This document shows positions 28,205 through 38,952 of a stretch of 64,000 nucleotides of DNA, in pieces; within the stretch, counting starts at the first letter, position 1, and every line of letters starts with the position of its first letter. The notes under the pieces are model-generated. The model made no database searches. It saw only the letters and a list, made by a program, of their open reading frames with translations, and was not told where the DNA came from. This DNA is from Armatimonadota bacterium (GTDB lineage: Bacteria; Armatimonadota; UBA5829; DSUL01): assembly GCA_039811685.1 (NCBI GenBank), contig JBDHZC010000006.1, positions 1-64,000 on the forward strand. Reading direction: 5' to 3'. A program made the translations under genes and the position numbers.

Positions 28205-31200
28205 CTATCTGCGGTCAGCAAACGTTGGCTGCTCAAGGATATAACTCCCTTCGATAACCTGCTGTGGCTGCCCGAACGCATCTGGCTTCACCGCCGGCGC
28301 CGACCACACAATCGGCGCCGGAACCTGAGGTTGACCACTGGCGTCCAGCCTCTGAACTTCGAAAACTTCTCCGTGGAAATCGTTACCACTCGCGCCAAGT
28401 CCGGTATATTCATTGGAGATCAGGCAGTTACCATTGGGCAGGACTTTGGCAGAGGACGCGAGCAGCGGGACTCCACGAACTGTCCGGTAGGCTTCTCCGG
28501 GGTAGCTCCACAGCACTGGCGCAATGCCGTTGGCCGCGGCGCTTGTGTCCAGCTCCCACACACCGGCGCGATCACAGATGATGTCTCTGGAGCCATTGCG
28601 GGAGAAGGTTCTCTCGAAGAAACGCGGGTTCACGAGTTTGCGCTGCGCCCCATTGTCATTGATGGCGCGGATTTCTCCGATGATCTTGCCGGGCTGATGG
28701 TAAGTCCACTTAACCGATCCAGCTGGCCCGCTCACCTGCCCGTAATCCAGCTCTACAATCGCGCCGCCTTCTCCCTGCGCCGGAGCTGGATCCGTTACAC
28801 CCGTATTAGGGTCGTACTGGGCGTTTGTCGTATAGTTGGAGACAAGCGCCAGCACGTCCATGTTCCCCTGGTTATCCCGTGGAAATACCTGGGCGGACTC
28901 ATACATCAGTTTGCGCCCGTAACTGCCGGATGCGCTGACCCAGTTCAGGATGACCGGAGGGTCCTGATCTGGAGTCAATGCCGGCGTACCCGGTGACGGC
29001 AGCGGATTGCCGTTAGCGTCGTAGCGCACGACCAGATCCAGTATCCGGTAGTTGTTCCGATCGGCTACCAGATAGTGATACACGTAGGCCATAGGAGGAT
29101 TGATCTCAAGGGCCGGATCCGGCTCGACTCCCTGCCACATCCTCACGTCAACCGGGCCATTCAGCGACTTTGGGGCACCGCTGGGAAGCAGATTGCGCGG
29201 GTCTTCAAAATCTCGAATTCGCAACAGAGTCTGCCCGGCGCGGTCGCACTGGACAATCCGGTTGTTACCGGTATCGCAAATCAGCAGGTTGTTCTGATCA
29301 GTGAACCGAGCTACTGACGGACGGGCAAAGGGCGTCTTCTTGACAGAGAGGCCTGTCGGAGCGGTCACAAAGTCCATCCCATGCGTCTTCTGGTCGTAGG
29401 TTCCGTCTATGCTCCATACGATCTTGGCGCCAGCGTCCACTTCCAGAATCCGGTTGTTATCCACAATCAGCGTCCCGGGAGAGTCGAAGACCGCAATACC
29501 GGTGTCGCTGACTGCCGCCAGCAGCCCACCCGCTCCAGCCAAGGGCCGTACGAGCCCACTGCGGCTAACAGCCTCCTGCCAGACGACATCTGTTGAGGCC
29601 TGGCCGCCAGGGTTCAGACCTGTAGAGCCCGCGCACTCCCACTGCCGATGGTAGTTAGTGTCCACCCCGAAGACCTGTTTCCCTCGGGAAGGCGTCGCAT
29701 TGGTCTTGACAGCATAGATGTGTCCGCTGGCTGTTCCAAAATAGACATACTCTCCCAGCACAGTTGGAGGAGAGACTGCCCGGGAGGCATCCCGGCTGCC
29801 CGGACCAAGGGTGCAGTTGGCCACCGGCGGCACTTCGGGCATGTAGGCGACATAGTACCACTTGAGGTTACTGAAAGCCGTCGAATCCGCCGAAACCTCC
29901 ACGTCTCCGACAAAAACGTGCACGGGCAGGCCGGCCAGAAGCGGCCGGTTGTTGATCAGAAGAGCGTTGCTCGGCGGGTCAAAATTGTCGATAGTGATGA
30001 CTCGACGCCCGTAGTCAATGTTGTTGCCATAGACTCGCGCCGCTTCCTGAATGGGCAGTGGTTGAGCCCCGCCGGACGTCCCGTACGGGTTTGGCTGCCA
30101 CACACGCACCGGCAATGGACGTCCGTCAGTGTCGTACAGGTTCACATCGGGCGCTATTTTGATCTGGAATTTGTGGCTGCGCTCAAAAGCCAGAAGTACA
30201 ACAGCGGACCCGCCGTCCGACGTGGCAGCAGTCGCAGTCACGTAAACAGCGTCATTCGTCACAGCCGGTGGGCCAACAGCCTGGAAACTGGCCAGCGCTA
30301 TACCGGAGCCGTTATTTGTCGTATCCAGCGTGTAGTCGAACGCCGGGAAATAGGTGATGCCTGACAGAGTGTCATCCACTTTGTCCAGATAGGTGCTCCA
30401 GTTGAGAGACACTGCCGGATACGCGGCTTCCCCAGCAAGCTGGTTGAAGCGTGGCCCACTCTCCGCCAGGGCATAAACCATTGAGGCGTTGCCCCTCGTG
30501 CCAACCATATACAGGATTCCGTCCGGTCCCATCGCTACGGTGTTGTTGGTCTCCCAGGTCGGGTACGTGATGCCAGATGCAGCCGCCGCGGTGGGCTCAG
30601 GCTTCGGGCTATAGAAGGTCCGCGGACGGAAGTTCTGCGCGCCGCGAGGCGCGCCGCTCGGGATCTCGCTGTCGTCACGGGCGATGCGGTAGTCCGCAAA
30701 GACCGGAGTCACGGCGGTCATCCACGCCGGCAGACCCGTAAGATCAAGCTGCCACTGTCCGGGCGCAGGAGTGGCAGTCGAAAGGTGAGACGTGAGATCG
30801 AGACAGTTGGTGGCGTCCAGGGCCCACAGCTTCCACTGTGGCGCTCCACCGGGCTGAGCTACGTTCCACGCATTGCTGTAACGTGTAGCCACCACGCTCG
30901 CGCCAAGCCGCTTGAGCGGTTCGTTGCGAACAGACATCAAAGCGGCCAAAAGCCGGTCGTTGGGGGTAACGCCCGTAAGCCCCACGGTCTGAGTGTCCCA
31001 GTAAGCGACCAGATCCAGGGCGTTAGAACCGGCGTCCCGCACCCACCCTACGGTTGGCGCGACCGGGCGCGCGCCGAGTCCGAAGTTCGCTCCTGCGACA
31101 TCCGGTTGCGCCCACTGCTGCCCGATTGAAACGTCGTAACAATACAGCGTGCCAGCGGCCAGACTTCCGGTTCCGGTGGAAGTGCCAACAGCATAGACGA

Positions 31201-32665
31201 TCCCGTTGTGGTACGTCGGAGCTACCGGCGCAGGACTGGGAACGTCAAACAGCTTCACCGCCGTCGCGGAACCCAGAGGCATTTGGAAGGGAGCGATAGA
31301 GTAGATGCCGTCTCCACCTGCGACCAGGAGCACATCCGTACCCGCGGGATATGGCGCCCCACCCGGCCAGACAATCATCGTCGGCCCGGATCTACCGTCA
31401 GGCACTTCAATTTCCCATATCTGATCAAACGGAGCGCCCATAGAATAGTCACGGATTCCGTCGTCTGGACTGCCGTCGTTGTCCAGGTCCTGCTGGGGAA
31501 CGCCGTCAAAAGCGTGTACTGTCCCCTTGACGTCCGTGTAAAACACGACACCCTTGTAGACGATGGCCGAGTTGCCCGGAACTCCACCCGAGGCGGCATA
31601 TTCCCAGCGCTTGACCAGTGGCGCTCCAGGGCCCTCACTGGCAGAGGAGGAGTGCGAAGCGTCCCGGAACGTGGTCGTATAGTTGGATCCCCACGCGATG
31701 ATGTTGTAGGCGAGCTTCAAATCTTCCGGCGCAGCCAGAGACGCGTTGTTGCCAAATACCCCCCGGGCGATGTCCTGACCGATGTTTGTTGAGGTCATAA
31801 TGACGTGCCCGGAGCCGTACTGACCAGCCGCTATGTACGGCGCTCCGTTCCCCGCAGTGACCACGGCTGCCAGAGCTGAGCCACCGCCCGTGATGACAGA
31901 GCTGACAGTTGGTGAGCCCAGCCGGTTGATCTCATTCTGGTTCAACCAGAACGGATAACTGAGAATCGGGTGGTGGCGGGAAACCGGATTGCCAGGCTGC
32001 CGCGCTCCACCAGCGGCAAAGTCGTAGGCGCCAAAAAAGACACTGTCAACGCCGCACGCGGCGTTGCTGAAAGCTCCACCAGATCCGCCGCCATAGTCAA
32101 TCCACAACTGCGTCCCGCTGTCCACGAGCTTGCGCAGAACATCCCGCTGCTCAGGATTGAGCTGAACACTCACACCCGAAGGAATGGGCAGATAAACAAG
32201 GTCGAACTGAAGCAAACGCGACAGCGTGACTTCGTCCAGCTTCACGTCCCAGTACCACGCCTGGTCTTTGGTGACTCGCGGCGGCGTATTCAGACTCGAG
32301 AGGCCATAGCGTGCAGCGATACGGGCGGTGATCAGCGTCGGAGCCAGCGGGTTGACCAGATCCCAGCCAGCGGGCTTGATGTCTGTGCGCTGATCGAGTA
32401 CCGCAAACATTCCAGCGTTCCACTCTGCCGGAGAGTAGCCGCCCTGTGCCCGCGTGTTGTCCACAGTCGGCAGAAGCAGTGTACAGACCTTTATGGTTTT
32501 GCGCCCCTGGGAATAGACGTAGCTGGCTGCGTGCAAGGGTGTACAGGCCACCAGAGCGAACGCGCTCACCACTACCGCGACGCAACACGCATAGAGATTT
32601 TGCATCTTTGCTTTGTTCAGTCCAAACATCAGGTGAAATTTTCTTCCCAGACGCACCAGGCTCAC
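28205..32665 (-). CDS. Large (~1470 aa) secreted protein: N-terminal alpha/beta domain, PQQ-like propeller and NHL-like repeats
   Basis: Signal-like VAVVVSAFALVACTPLHA; FDLVYL...LRKLVDSGTQLWID; DLDNDG loop; YFGTASGHIYAV; LLICDTGNNRIV; YLVADRNNYRI. True start may be 32629 or 32605. Confidence 0.75.
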   Translation of the reverse strand: MSLVRLGRKFHLMFGLNKAKMQNLYACCVAVVVSAFALVACTPLHAASYVYSQGRKTIKVCTLLLPTVDNTRAQGGYSPAEWNAGMFAVLDQRTDIKPAGWDLVNPLAPTLITARIAARYGLSSLNTPPRVTKDQAWYWDVKLDEVTLSRLLQFDLVYLPIPSGVSVQLNPEQRDVLRKLVDSGTQLWIDYGGGSGGAFSNAACGVDSVFFGAYDFAAGGARQPGNPVSRHHPILSYPFWLNQNEINRLGSPTVSSVITGGGSALAAVVTAGNGAPYIAAGQYGSGHVIMTSTNIGQDIARGVFGNNASLAAPEDLKLAYNIIAWGSNYTTTFRDASHSSSASEGPGAPLVKRWEYAASGGVPGNSAIVYKGVVFYTDVKGTVHAFDGVPQQDLDNDGSPDDGIRDYSMGAPFDQIWEIEVPDGRSGPTMIVWPGGAPYPAGTDVLLVAGGDGIYSIAPFQMPLGSATAVKLFDVPSPAPVAPTYHNGIVYAVGTSTGTGSLAAGTLYCYDVSIGQQWAQPDVAGANFGLGARPVAPTVGWVRDAGSNALDLVAYWDTQTVGLTGVTPNDRLLAALMSVRNEPLKRLGASVVATRYSNAWNVAQPGGAPQWKLWALDATNCLDLTSHLSTATPAPGQWQLDLTGLPAWMTAVTPVFADYRIARDDSEIPSGAPRGAQNFRPRTFYSPKPEPTAAAASGITYPTWETNNTVAMGPDGILYMVGTRGNASMVYALAESGPRFNQLAGEAAYPAVSLNWSTYLDKVDDTLSGITYFPAFDYTLDTTNNGSGIALASFQAVGPPAVTNDAVYVTATAATSDGGSAVVLLAFERSHKFQIKIAPDVNLYDTDGRPLPVRVWQPNPYGTSGGAQPLPIQEAARVYGNNIDYGRRVITIDNFDPPSNALLINNRPLLAGLPVHVFVGDVEVSADSTAFSNLKWYYVAYMPEVPPVANCTLGPGSRDASRAVSPPTVLGEYVYFGTASGHIYAVKTNATPSRGKQVFGVDTNYHRQWECAGSTGLNPGGQASTDVVWQEAVSRSGLVRPLAGAGGLLAAVSDTGIAVFDSPGTLIVDNNRILEVDAGAKIVWSIDGTYDQKTHGMDFVTAPTGLSVKKTPFARPSVARFTDQNNLLICDTGNNRIVQCDRAGQTLLRIRDFEDPRNLLPSGAPKSLNGPVDVRMWQGVEPDPALEINPPMAYVYHYLVADRNNYRILDLVVRYDANGNPLPSPGTPALTPDQDPPVILNWVSASGSYGRKLMYESAQVFPRDNQGNMDVLALVSNYTTNAQYDPNTGVTDPAPAQGEGGAIVELDYGQVSGPAGSVKWTYHQPGKIIGEIRAINDNGAQRKLVNPRFFERTFSRNGSRDIICDRAGVWELDTSAAANGIAPVLWSYPGEAYRTVRGVPLLASSAKVLPNGNCLISNEYTGLGASGNDFHGEVFEVQRLDASGQPQVPAPIVWSAPAVKPDAFGQPQQVIEGSYILEQPTFADRR

Positions 32666-32675
32666 TTACTTATCA

Positions 32676-32704
32676 TGAGACGCTGTGGAGTCACACTTTG
32701 TTCG
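32676..32704 (-). promoter_or_regulatory. Putative ECF-sigma promoter cGAAC-N17-CGTCTCA
   Basis: Minus strand CGAAC aaagtgtgactccacag CGTCTCA just upstream of the giant-protein pair. Confidence 0.5.
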
Positions 32705-32869
32705 AATTTGGCGCTCAACAGCGCCCCTTGTCGCCCCTATACGTTGGCGGCACAACACGCCTATCCAACTTATGTTACCGCCTTGCTGTCAGAGGGCGGA
32801 GCGTGCTGGCCAGCGCTGTGGCCGTCTCAGCGCCGACATGCGCGCAGCAAGCGCGCTTTGCGCTGCTCT

Positions 32870-35515
32870 TCAGCTTGAGAGGCGCCCGACGTAGATCAAA
32901 TCCTGGGACACAGGCAGCTTTGGCGTAACTGGAAGCGCGCGGCCAAACTGGTCCGTTCGCAGCGGCCCAGCGGGCCCCACGGGAAAGCCGAGATGGGTGT
33001 CGTACAGGAAGGTGATTCCCTCGCCTGAATGCGCCGTGTCCTCACCGCTCGACCCGTACTTAGCTGGAATGTCACTCCACTTGCGCAGCCACGCCTCCAC
33101 ATCGGCTTCCGAGGCAGGGATATTCTCGGCCACCGCCCCGTCAACGGTTATCTTGATGTCAAGAGGTTCTCCGTAGAACGGAAAAGCCGGATTCTTGATA
33201 TACACTGGCCGCACACCGCCGCGACCTGCCATCTGGTCGGGTGTGTCTTCCGGGTTACTGTTGAACCACGGACCCGGAATGACAAAGAATGAGCCGTCCT
33301 GTGCGTACATCAGCGCCTGAATGTTAATGTCCATCGGCAGTACAGCAATCGACTGCAGCATGTAGTCTGCTCGCGTCTGCTCCAGCCCTGTTTGATGAAG
33401 CGCGATCTGCAAAGTGTTCTGAGCGCCCGGAGTTGGGTCAAGCGAGGCCGGACCAGCGCCAAACTGCAACGGAAACACCTGCCCCTCGTACGCAAACGGC
33501 GTCCACTGGGTCGTCGGGTCGCTCATCAGGTAGTTGAATGCGCCGCCAAAATCGTAAGCCTGTCCATTGAGAAAGAGGTTGATGCTGGCCGTAGCCCCCG
33601 CGCCAGCCTGCCGGACGAACAGGTGAGACTTGCGCCCGTCACCCCAGGCAGGGTAATCGACTGCCGTATTCAGCCCCGGCGCATTTGAGTACCAATACCC
33701 GAAGCTGAAGTCCGCAGTGAAGTCCGAAGATGCGGCGGATGTCACCCTGATAGCGTACGGCGGGCCAAAATCTCCAAAGGCCGACTCCCAGAGCGGAGAA
33801 GCGAGCGGCGGGAGACTCAAGAACTGAGTCGTATTGACGACAATGTTCTTGCGGGCAAGAAGCGATATTGCAGAGGTATCGCGGTCACCCTTCAGAACAT
33901 TGCCTTCGATGTAGATGTTCTCATTGGAGACTACTGTAAGTTGACGGTTTGGCGCAACGACACCTGAGATGCGAATATTGCCATCCGCATACACCACGCC
34001 GTTGGGTGGGTACGGCATCGTCATGGTCGGCCCGAGGTCTGGCCTCTGGACAAGACGGCCGCCAGACAGCTCGTACCATACGTATTTACGGCCTCCCTTT
34101 ATTGTGTCTGTGCGCGTGATGGTCAACGTCGCATCCGGATTTATGTGAATAACCGCGCCTGGCGGAACATACCGATCCCCCTGCCAGTTGCCTTTGCCGT
34201 CTGGATGTGTCCACTCGGTCTGCAGGGTCTGAACTCCCCCGAACATGGAGCTGCCTGCCTGCTGAGTGTCAGAAGAGTTTCCAATGTAGAGCCCATCACC
34301 CCAGCCGAAGCGTCCGCTGTTTTGGAACCGGTTTCCGAGAGGTACCCACTGACCGGAATCCCGCGTGACACGAAGGAAGCGCTCTACTCCGCTGGCCGGG
34401 TCCTCCTGATCAATGAGTGGTGGCTCCAGACGCTTCACACCTCTGGCGTACCCCTTGGAATCCGGCATATCGGAACCGTCTCTGTAAAGCCCCTGATAGG
34501 TACTGAAGTCCTGAGCGCGCGAGACCAATCCGGGACCGAGTGGTGTGGAAGTCGCACCACTCAGGTAGCGGAACAGCTTGACGTCAGCATTTGCATCCGC
34601 CGTGATCTCTCCAGCAACTTCTACACCGTCCGCTGGCAGAATCTGATTCGCCGCCCCGGAGTCATCAGCGGCCTGGACAGCGCGAAGATACAAATCGACA
34701 TTCCCGCTCCACCGCAGATTGCCATTGACGCGAACTGGAGCGGAGCGCGGCATTCCCGCAATGCGCCCGCCAAGCTGCATCGGCAAGGCTCCTATTGCCT
34801 TGCCCAGCGAAAAAGACTCTGCGCGCTTGCTCTTGTTCGTAATGAAGCGCGCATAATCTGTGATTCCAATAGGTTGATAGGCCGTCAACTCCTGACGCAG
34901 GCGGATGGGGCCGCTGTTGGCAAGTGTTGTCGGATCCGGCTGGCCGGAGCCCTGGAAGTCATTGTCAACGACACCAACGCGACCGATAGACTCAATCTTG
35001 ATGTAGCGGCTCATCGGGTCGCGCGGATCGGGATTGTAGCTGACCTTCAGCAGATAGCGTCCGTTGCCACTGAGAAAACTGGTGAACCCGCCTGTGGGAC
35101 CCGCGCCGGTAGAGGCGTTTTCCGCCACAGCATAAGGACGCAGCCACTGGATATCCGGATTAACCTCGTTCAATGGAGTCTTGGGATCGAGGTTGGCAGG
35201 TGTCGGGCGCCAGTCGGCACCATCCTCGCTGTAAAGCAGCATCTTGTGCGCCAGGCTAATGCCGGCCTCAGCAGCCTGCCTGGCAGTCAAAACGTCTCCG
35301 GATCGGAAAGCGCTCTGCAGGTTCCGGCCGATCATCGTGACGAAAATGGTACCCAGAAACACCAGCACAAACATCACTGACAGGGCAATGATCAGCGACT
35401 GACCGCTGTTGGCGCGCATAAGCCTGCCAGCGATGGCACGTCTGCCGATCTCCGGTACAGAGCCCGCTGAAGGCACACCGCCGCTTCGGCCAGCTTTTGA
35501 TCTTAACTCATACAT
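32870..35515 (-). CDS. Oversized PilX/GspK-like minor pilin
   Basis: G|QSLIIALSVMFVLVFLG (no Glu5, as in PilX/GspK), ARQAAEAGI, IKIESIGRVG; third of the V-W-X series. Alternative start 35419. Confidence 0.75.
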   Translation of the reverse strand: MYELRSKAGRSGGVPSAGSVPEIGRRAIAGRLMRANSGQSLIIALSVMFVLVFLGTIFVTMIGRNLQSAFRSGDVLTARQAAEAGISLAHKMLLYSEDGADWRPTPANLDPKTPLNEVNPDIQWLRPYAVAENASTGAGPTGGFTSFLSGNGRYLLKVSYNPDPRDPMSRYIKIESIGRVGVVDNDFQGSGQPDPTTLANSGPIRLRQELTAYQPIGITDYARFITNKSKRAESFSLGKAIGALPMQLGGRIAGMPRSAPVRVNGNLRWSGNVDLYLRAVQAADDSGAANQILPADGVEVAGEITADANADVKLFRYLSGATSTPLGPGLVSRAQDFSTYQGLYRDGSDMPDSKGYARGVKRLEPPLIDQEDPASGVERFLRVTRDSGQWVPLGNRFQNSGRFGWGDGLYIGNSSDTQQAGSSMFGGVQTLQTEWTHPDGKGNWQGDRYVPPGAVIHINPDATLTITRTDTIKGGRKYVWYELSGGRLVQRPDLGPTMTMPYPPNGVVYADGNIRISGVVAPNRQLTVVSNENIYIEGNVLKGDRDTSAISLLARKNIVVNTTQFLSLPPLASPLWESAFGDFGPPYAIRVTSAASSDFTADFSFGYWYSNAPGLNTAVDYPAWGDGRKSHLFVRQAGAGATASINLFLNGQAYDFGGAFNYLMSDPTTQWTPFAYEGQVFPLQFGAGPASLDPTPGAQNTLQIALHQTGLEQTRADYMLQSIAVLPMDINIQALMYAQDGSFFVIPGPWFNSNPEDTPDQMAGRGGVRPVYIKNPAFPFYGEPLDIKITVDGAVAENIPASEADVEAWLRKWSDIPAKYGSSGEDTAHSGEGITFLYDTHLGFPVGPAGPLRTDQFGRALPVTPKLPVSQDLIYVGRLSS

Positions 35516-35521
35516 AGCGGA

Positions 35522-37267
35522 CTACCTGTGGAAATTCCGGACCAGGACATTATTGGCAAGCGACATCTGTTGCGGCCTGTTCCGATCGTCAAAAATGCGG
35601 TAGGCCACCTCTACCCTCAAGACGTTCTTGGTCACATAATCCGCGCTCAGCATGTCTCCCTGAGCAGTGTCAAACCGCTGATTTGTCTGCACGGAGTACA
35701 GCACCTGAAGCCCATCCCCGTTTTCCGGCATATTTCGGGTGGGTGTCGAATCAAACCGGATCTCTCCGTCCTCAAAGTTGATGGAGAACTGGTTTCCCTT
35801 CGGGTCTTCTGCGAGAGAAGATACCCGCGTATACTGCACCTGGTGACCGTAGTTTGGCCCAGGAGTCCAGTCCGGCCCAAACACCCGCACCGAACCCGGG
35901 ATGATCTTGACAGTGCTGTTGGCCAGATTCAAACCGAACGGCGTAAGACGCACAGTTCGCAGGGCTGCCCCCTCCAGACCGTAAGCAGCGTGGAAATCCG
36001 CGTTGATCCTGGCGATCCTGTCCGGCGTCAGCGTCAAAGGCTCAGCGGGGATATCAAAGGTAACTTCACCTTTGTTCGGGTCCACCAGAAACATCATTTT
36101 CGGCTTGTCATCCGTCAACGTGCCATCGCGCTGATACTGTGTGATGTCAAATACCGCATCGCCAGTGGCCGCATCAATAATAACCACGTCGCCGTTTGTG
36201 TCCTGCGCCGTGTAATAGACAGCCTGCCCCGGCTGGCCAATGTTGCGGTACAGGCGAACCTGATAGCCCGGCGACCAGAGTCCACTGCTGGCGCGGTAGG
36301 TTGTCGGCGGGGCGTTGGGTTCCCCCTCAGCCGCCCGCCCTATCTCTGTGGGCGTCAGCACATCGTTGCGAACTGCGCGCGGCACAAACCGCACAACGGG
36401 ATTGACGATGGGCTGACCGGCAGTATTGAAGTCAATAGTGACCAGGTCAACGTCAGTGACCGGTCCGACGACCTTGGAAACTCGCTTCCAGTTAGCCGAA
36501 AACGTCTCGCCGTTGGGAGCTGCCGCCCTGTCATAGAAGAAATTGGGATCGTGCAGGATGAATCCGCCCGGACCCTGGCGCAACAGAGTCGGATCGTCCG
36601 GGTGGAACTCAGCCCTGTACAGGACGTAACCATTCGCCTGATCGCCCGCCAGGAGCGACCCGCTCCCGCCCCCGGAATACGGTTGGGAAGGGTCTCGCAA
36701 TCCGATAAAGTAGCGCACGATGGTGCTGTCTGGCTCCACCGGAGTAATCGGGCGCGCCTCGACCTGATCGTTGCCTTTGCCGTCCGTATGGGTGTAGGGA
36801 CACACTGGCCATGCGAGATCGCCACGCGGATAATCTCGAGGCTTGTTGGCGGGGTGGCTGGCGGCATCACAGTGCATCATCAGCTTTGGCGGAACCAGGT
36901 CCACCATCGCATAAGGCACAGAAACTACGGTTGGATTTCCATCGCGGTCAACAACCGGCAGATTCAGCGCCTGTCCAGAGTTGTCGTAGACATAAACCGC
37001 GCTCTGAATCTCACGCGTCACGGATTCCAGTGTCTGCCGGGCGCTCTCCTGCGCCAGCACAGTCAGCTGGGTGCGCTTGGTGATAGTAAAACCCTGGATC
37101 AGCGGCGCCATCAGCAGTGTCACGAGAATGGACGTGATAGCGATCACTACCAGAAGCTCGATAAGCGTGAAACCGGCGCTGCGGCGGCTCAGTCTGACGC
37201 GCGGGCAATCCAGACTGGCTTTTGCGCTCCTGCAAGCTCCTTTTGGTTTTGCGGCTGCATACATCAT
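35522..37267 (-). CDS. Oversized PilW/GspJ-like minor pilin
   Basis: [29 protein letters not shown]-terminal VLVRN. ATG 37267 overlaps the upstream TGA (ATGA). Confidence 0.8.
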   Translation of the reverse strand: MMYAAAKPKGACRSAKASLDCPRVRLSRRSAGFTLIELLVVIAITSILVTLLMAPLIQGFTITKRTQLTVLAQESARQTLESVTREIQSAVYVYDNSGQALNLPVVDRDGNPTVVSVPYAMVDLVPPKLMMHCDAASHPANKPRDYPRGDLAWPVCPYTHTDGKGNDQVEARPITPVEPDSTIVRYFIGLRDPSQPYSGGGSGSLLAGDQANGYVLYRAEFHPDDPTLLRQGPGGFILHDPNFFYDRAAAPNGETFSANWKRVSKVVGPVTDVDLVTIDFNTAGQPIVNPVVRFVPRAVRNDVLTPTEIGRAAEGEPNAPPTTYRASSGLWSPGYQVRLYRNIGQPGQAVYYTAQDTNGDVVIIDAATGDAVFDITQYQRDGTLTDDKPKMMFLVDPNKGEVTFDIPAEPLTLTPDRIARINADFHAAYGLEGAALRTVRLTPFGLNLANSTVKIIPGSVRVFGPDWTPGPNYGHQVQYTRVSSLAEDPKGNQFSINFEDGEIRFDSTPTRNMPENGDGLQVLYSVQTNQRFDTAQGDMLSADYVTKNVLRVEVAYRIFDDRNRPQQMSLANNVLVRNFHR

Positions 37268-38937
37268 TGGGCTGAAACCGTCCTCTGCAGCTCCCCATCC
37301 AGATCGTAATGCTGCCATCTGTTGACGATATTGTTGTTCTGATCTACTCGGCTGCCTTCACTCCAGAGCACCCGCACTTTCAGCGAGACTCCGCGCACAG
37401 CCCGAATTGCGACCGGCGGGTGATTGAGGACAAAGTGGGCGTTGAATCCGGCGGGAAACTGCTGCACCCCGTCATCGGCCCGGTGAACCTCGCCGACAAC
37501 CGTGCGGTCTGTGCCGTTGTCATCCCAGACATAGTCCACGGAAAAGGACTTGGAGGCATCCATCTCGCTGAGGTAGATATCCGCCGTTCCGTCCGGATTG
37601 AAAAACTCTCTGAACGACAGACCGTGATTATCCTGTGAAATGTAGCTTTCGTAGGCTTTCTGGGGCATTACGCGCCAATCGTCTTCGGCGCGGTAATACA
37701 CCCGCAGGCTGCGTCCCGAGATATTGATGGGAGACCCGCCGACGGGCACCACATTGCCGTTGTCCGGAAAGTCAAGAATACCGGCCTGGTAGTTGACGAG
37801 CACGCCGCCGGTTGCGGGAATTACCTCACCAGTGTCCTCATCCACAATGAGCATATCAGTTTGGCCGACAGGGCCTGCGCCCGGAGCAATCCCGTCGTAC
37901 AGCGTTCCGTCGTCAGCCATCGTGACGCCAAGCTGCTTGATGCGTCTCAGCGTCGTGCGCACGCGGAACGGCGCCTGGTTGGGAACCTGCAGGGTCTCGG
38001 AGATGATGCCCCAGTCGTACACGGTGTAGTCGATCCGCGCTGTCAGGTCCTCAACTCCGCGCGGCGTATTCTCTTTGTAGGCGTACCCAACCGGGTTGAA
38101 CGCCAGGCGTCCGGTAAGCGGATCCAGAACTTTGTATTCGTAAGGGTCGCTCGTGCTCCAGCCAGGCGTGCCAGTTACGTCCAGAAATGCCCGGGAGACT
38201 TTGTCGCTGCGGCCGTCTATGTACGAAAAGTTCGCTACATCGGACACCGGATTCCCATTGGCGTCCGGGATTGGCAGCCAGCCGGCGCCGGCGGGCACGT
38301 GGACGTTTACGCTGGTGACGGTAACGAGACGACGCCTTTTACTGTTATCTACTGTCCAGTAAGAATAGGACAGCGAATAGTCCGCGTCCTGACTCTTTGC
38401 CCTGAAGCAGATCATCGCGTTGTCGTAGTCAATGGCGTACTGCGTGATGCTCAGGAAGGTCCATGGCTGGATATCCACATCCTCGGAATCGAAACGCCTG
38501 CGCTGCATTGAGGCGGAGTAAACAGCGTCAATTCCCGAGATTGGCGAGAAAGCAACCGTGTAGATGGAGCCGGTAATCGTCCCCTTCACGCCCTCGCTGA
38601 GCTGAGGGCCGGGAATCTTTACTGTTTCACCGATCACCTTGCGGATGTTGTAGATGTTGTCTGTGTTCAGCGGCGGCCCAGGCACTGTGTTTATGCCGGT
38701 GACCGTCGTCAGGCCCGAAGGCATGGTGTCTGAGCGAGCCCTGAGCCGCTCGAACTCCTTCTCAGCCAGGCGCGAGGCAAAGGTGTAGTTCTCGCCACGG
38801 CGCAGCACAACATAGCCGCCAGAGAACATCCGTGAGACAGAGAGAATGCCCACAGCTATGATCACCAGCGTCACCAACACCTCGATGAGTGAGGTCCCGC
38901 GCCTGTTTTTGAGAAGTGTTGACATTGAGCCTTTCAC
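37264..38937 (-). CDS. Oversized PilV/GspI-like minor pilin
   Basis: RRG|TSLIEVLVTLVIIAVGIL, ASRLAEKEFERLR, C-terminal LKVRVLW. Confidence 0.8.
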   Translation of the reverse strand: MKGSMSTLLKNRRGTSLIEVLVTLVIIAVGILSVSRMFSGGYVVLRRGENYTFASRLAEKEFERLRARSDTMPSGLTTVTGINTVPGPPLNTDNIYNIRKVIGETVKIPGPQLSEGVKGTITGSIYTVAFSPISGIDAVYSASMQRRRFDSEDVDIQPWTFLSITQYAIDYDNAMICFRAKSQDADYSLSYSYWTVDNSKRRRLVTVTSVNVHVPAGAGWLPIPDANGNPVSDVANFSYIDGRSDKVSRAFLDVTGTPGWSTSDPYEYKVLDPLTGRLAFNPVGYAYKENTPRGVEDLTARIDYTVYDWGIISETLQVPNQAPFRVRTTLRRIKQLGVTMADDGTLYDGIAPGAGPVGQTDMLIVDEDTGEVIPATGGVLVNYQAGILDFPDNGNVVPVGGSPINISGRSLRVYYRAEDDWRVMPQKAYESYISQDNHGLSFREFFNPDGTADIYLSEMDASKSFSVDYVWDDNGTDRTVVGEVHRADDGVQQFPAGFNAHFVLNHPPVAIRAVRGVSLKVRVLWSEGSRVDQNNNIVNRWQHYDLDGELQRTVSAQ

Positions 38938-38952
38938 CCGTTTACTGCGGAT

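Noticed and set aside
35528..37309. 593-aa plus-strand ORF (also 34145-35380, 44230-45342, 8498-9730, 57227-58201)
   Set aside because: Antisense shadows of well-supported minus-strand genes in GC-rich DNA; no motifs or RBS.
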